Of a DNA stretch of 64,000 bases, positions 61,529-64,000 are shown piece after piece. Location of the stretch: positions 413,845-477,844 of the forward strand of contig CAVXTW010000015.1 of NCBI GenBank assembly GCA_963764695.1, given 5' to 3'. Each line of letters opens with the position of its first letter. Position 1 is the first letter of the stretch. The position numbers were made by a program, and so were the translations under genes. Below the pieces are notes generated by a model, which saw only the letters and a list, made by a program, of their open reading frames with translations, did not search any database and was not told where the DNA came from. Source of the DNA: an uncultured delta proteobacterium. Lineage in GTDB: Bacteria > Myxococcota_A > Polyangia > Haliangiales > Haliangiaceae.

Positions 61529-63039
61529 AGCCGGTCGAGGAGAGAGAGGGCCGGCGCCTCGGTCTGCAAGTGAAGGTGGTGACGGTGCTGCTCGTCATCG
61601 CGCTGACACCGCTCCTGGTCTCTGCCCTGCTGGTCGATCAGATCGCGCAGGTGGCGCAGAACTTCGCCTCGCACGAGGCGGACAAGATGCGCGAGCCGCT
61701 GGGCGAGGCGCAGAAGGTCTACCAGCAGCTCATCGAGAGCAAGAAGCGGATGTACCGGCACATGGCCGAGCAGCTGGCCCAGGCGGTGTCGGTCGGCGCG
61801 GCGCTGCGCGACGAGGGCACGCAGGGCTTCGCGGGCGCGGCGCGGGCGCTGATGGCGGAGGAGCCTGATCTTCTGCGCGCGGCGCTGCGGCGTCCCGGCG
61901 GCGAGCTGCTCGTCGAGGAGAAGCGAGTGAAGCCGGGGCCGGGCGGGCCGCGTCGCTTTCGCGAGTACGCGGTGAGCCGCCCGGCCGGCGACGGCGCCGC
62001 GGTCGAGCTCGCCTTTGCCGCCGATGTCGAGCTTCTCGATCAGCACCGCGAGGTCGGCCGCGTGCTCGACGACAGCCAGCGCATCGACCGGGTGCGCAGC
62101 TCGCTGCCGCGCTCGTACCGGCTCGGCTTCATCGCGCTCGTCGGCGGCGTGGTGGTGCTGGTGACGGCGACCGGCATCCTGTTCGCGCGGCGGCTGACCG
62201 GGCGCATCGCCGTGCTGGTCTCCGGGACGCGACGGGTGGCGGGCGGCGATCTCGACGCGAAGGTCGCCCTGGCCGGACGCGACGAGCTGGGCGAGCTGGC
62301 CGGCGCCTTCAACCGCATGGTCGAGGACCTCAAGAAGGACCGCCAGCAGATCCTCTACCTGCAGAGGATCGGCGCGTGGCAGGACGTGGCGCGGCGGCTG
62401 GCCCACGAGATCAAGAACCCGCTCACGCCGATCCAGCTGGCCGTGCAGCAGCTGGTGTCGAGCTACAGCGGCGACGATGCGCGGCACCAGAAGATGCTGG
62501 CCGACGCGGCCGAGATCGTCGGCGAGGAGATCCACGGGCTGCGCCGCCTGGTGGACGCGTTCAGCGCGCTGGGGCGGCTGCCGCCGGCCGAGCCGCGCCC
62601 GCTGCCGATGGCGCAGCTGGCCGACGATCTGGGCAAGGAGGCGCACCTGGCCGGCCGCCTGGAGCTGGCCGAGCCGCCGTCGCCGGTCACGGTGTCGGGC
62701 GACCGGCTGCTCCTGCGCCGGCTGCTGGCCAACCTGATCGAGAACGGGATCCACGCCGGGGAAGCGGCCGGCAAGGGCGGCCGCGTGGTGATGCGCTGGT
62801 CGGCGGATCTCGGTCGCGGCACCGCGCGCATCACGATCGACGACGAAGGGCCGGGTGTCGCGGCGGCCGATCGCGAGCGGATCTTCGAGCCGTACTTCAC
62901 CAGCAAGGAGACCGGCACCGGGCTGGGACTTGCGATCGCGAAGAAGATCGCGCTGGACCACGGCGGGAGTCTTGTGGCTGATGAGGACGCGGCGCCGACG
63001 GGAGGGGCGCGGTTCGTGCTTACCTTGCCGCTTGCCTGA
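61525..63039 (+). CDS. Sensor histidine kinase (2 TM, HAMP, HisKA, HATPase_c; NtrY-like)
   Basis: HAMP LAGAFNRMVEDLKK, H-box LAHEIKNPLTPIQL, N/G boxes LIENGIHAGE / DEGPGV / GTGLGLAI. Confidence 0.85.
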   Translation: MKPVEEREGRRLGLQVKVVTVLLVIALTPLLVSALLVDQIAQVAQNFASHEADKMREPLGEAQKVYQQLIESKKRMYRHMAEQLAQAVSVGAALRDEGTQGFAGAARALMAEEPDLLRAALRRPGGELLVEEKRVKPGPGGPRRFREYAVSRPAGDGAAVELAFAADVELLDQHREVGRVLDDSQRIDRVRSSLPRSYRLGFIALVGGVVVLVTATGILFARRLTGRIAVLVSGTRRVAGGDLDAKVALAGRDELGELAGAFNRMVEDLKKDRQQILYLQRIGAWQDVARRLAHEIKNPLTPIQLAVQQLVSSYSGDDARHQKMLADAAEIVGEEIHGLRRLVDAFSALGRLPPAEPRPLPMAQLADDLGKEAHLAGRLELAEPPSPVTVSGDRLLLRRLLANLIENGIHAGEAAGKGGRVVMRWSADLGRGTARITIDDEGPGVAAADRERIFEPYFTSKETGTGLGLAIAKKIALDHGGSLVADEDAAPTGGARFVLTLPLA

Positions 63040-63074
63040 GGGCGTTGGCGTGCGGGGCCACCGCCGTACAAAAC

Positions 63075-63125
63075 AAACAGGAAGCAGGTAACAGGTGACA
63101 GGGAACAGGGAGCGGGCAATGGGAT
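63075..63125. repeat. Seven tandem heptamers (RRCAGGN): AACAGGA AGCAGGT AACAGGT GACAGGG AACAGGG AGCGGGC AATGGGA
   Basis: Read directly in the convergent intergenic region between the histidine kinase and the 63167..63649 gene. Confidence 0.5.
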
Positions 63126-63166
63126 GAACGGGGCTGTCGCCTTCGTCGCTGCGACCAGCTTGGTCT

Positions 63167-63649
63167 CTAGGTCGAGCGGCTCCCGATCGGATGAAGCTTT
63201 CCTGCGGCCCGCAGGCAGAATCCTCCCTCGGGCGATTCCTCGATGCGTTGGGCGAGGATGTAGTAGGCAGGTGTCGTGATGCGCGCGGTGAGGCGGCCGC
63301 TGCGGACGCGGCAGTAGAGGGCGTTGTCGGGGCTCGCGGCGAGGCTCGCGTAGTCGAGCTCCTCCTCGGTCTCGTCGTTGAGCGCGAGGATCGCGCGGTC
63401 GCCTTCCCAGCGGGCTGACAGGGCCAGGAGCTCGGCGTCGTCGACGTCGACGTAGGCGTAGCGCTTCTCGTCGAGGCGCAGGATCGGGCGGCCGTCGTCG
63501 AGGCGGTCGAGCCAGCGCAGCAGCGCGAGCTGGAAGCCGCGGTGCGTGACGACCGCGCCCTCGTGCCAGAAGCGGCCTTCGCGATCCAGACGGATGCCCG
63601 TCTGGCGGAGGCGCTCGATCATCTCGGGCGTGGGCCGGAAGTCGGACAC
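63167..63649 (-). CDS. Hypothetical protein (160 aa)
   Basis: Good codon usage; no family assignment. Confidence 0.5.
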   Translation of the reverse strand: MSDFRPTPEMIERLRQTGIRLDREGRFWHEGAVVTHRGFQLALLRWLDRLDDGRPILRLDEKRYAYVDVDDAELLALSARWEGDRAILALNDETEEELDYASLAASPDNALYCRVRSGRLTARITTPAYYILAQRIEESPEGGFCLRAAGKLHPIGSRST

Positions 63650-63741
63650 GTTCCCGGATCACTGGAGGGGCGCGGCCGGAGATCCGACGCGCCCGGATTC
63701 AAAGCGGGCGCGCGACGCGCCCAGCGACGTTTCAGCGCCCG

Positions 63742-63936
63742 TCAGTCCTCGAGCGCGCGGATGCGGTCCTTGGTGGCCAGCTTCATCTTCTTGAGCTGGG
63801 CGTACTCAACTTGTTCTGCAGAGGTCAGGGATATGTGGCGGTCGAGCTGGCGGAGTCGCTCCTTGATGGCGCGATGCTCCGCTGTCAGTCGGGTCAGGAT
63901 ATCGTCCTTCGACGCACCAATCTCCATACGCTCCAC
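63742..63936 (-). CDS. DUF465 (YdcH-like) small coiled-coil protein
   Basis: [47 protein letters not shown] matches the YdcH/DUF465 pattern. GTG start with SD GGAGGTGA. Confidence 0.6.
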   Translation of the reverse strand: MERMEIGASKDDILTRLTAEHRAIKERLRQLDRHISLTSAEQVEYAQLKKMKLATKDRIRALED

Positions 63937-64000
63937 CGCTTCACCTCCGAGCTTAGAGGATGCGATCGCTACGCCCGAGCTACTCGTGAGCCGCGCCGCG

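Overview
This is a high-GC (roughly 70% or more) chromosomal segment whose gene content is typical of Myxococcota. It carries several Ser/Thr protein kinases with N-terminal zinc ribbons, four ECF sigma factors with partner anti-sigma or kinase genes, an FHA/sigma-54 activator, a REC-GGDEF-EAL protein and many secreted lipoproteins. Called housekeeping genes include recD2, radC, serA, serC, glmU, tolQRAB, pal, ppx, oppDF, bcp, selD, two acyl-CoA dehydrogenases and an enoyl-CoA hydratase. I count about 60 protein-coding genes and two divergent tRNAs (Met-CAT and Gln-TTG). I found no CRISPR array, transposase, integrase or prophage gene. The ORF track contains many long spurious antisense or off-frame ORFs; I report only frames that read as recognisable proteins with high-GC third codon positions.

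The most interesting items are:
- A tandem, translationally coupled pair of WYL-domain regulators (PafBC-like) close to recD2 and radC.
- selD encoded as a selenoprotein, with an in-frame TGA inside the conserved motif and a downstream hairpin.
- An ECF sigma / TPR anti-sigma-like / CHAT peptidase module lying divergent from two tandem paralogous Cys-rich lipoprotein genes.
- A Ser/Thr kinase whose stop overlaps the start of an ECF sigma factor (ATGA), with no anti-sigma gene.
- A short Cys-rich ORF with a strong ribosome-binding site in a locally GC-poor spacer.
- Palindromic operator-like sites at two promoters.

At least four conserved genes (serC, ppx, selD, and a secreted lipoprotein) show single-base frame discontinuities. 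The recurrence suggests assembly indel errors rather than real pseudogenes, though either is possible.
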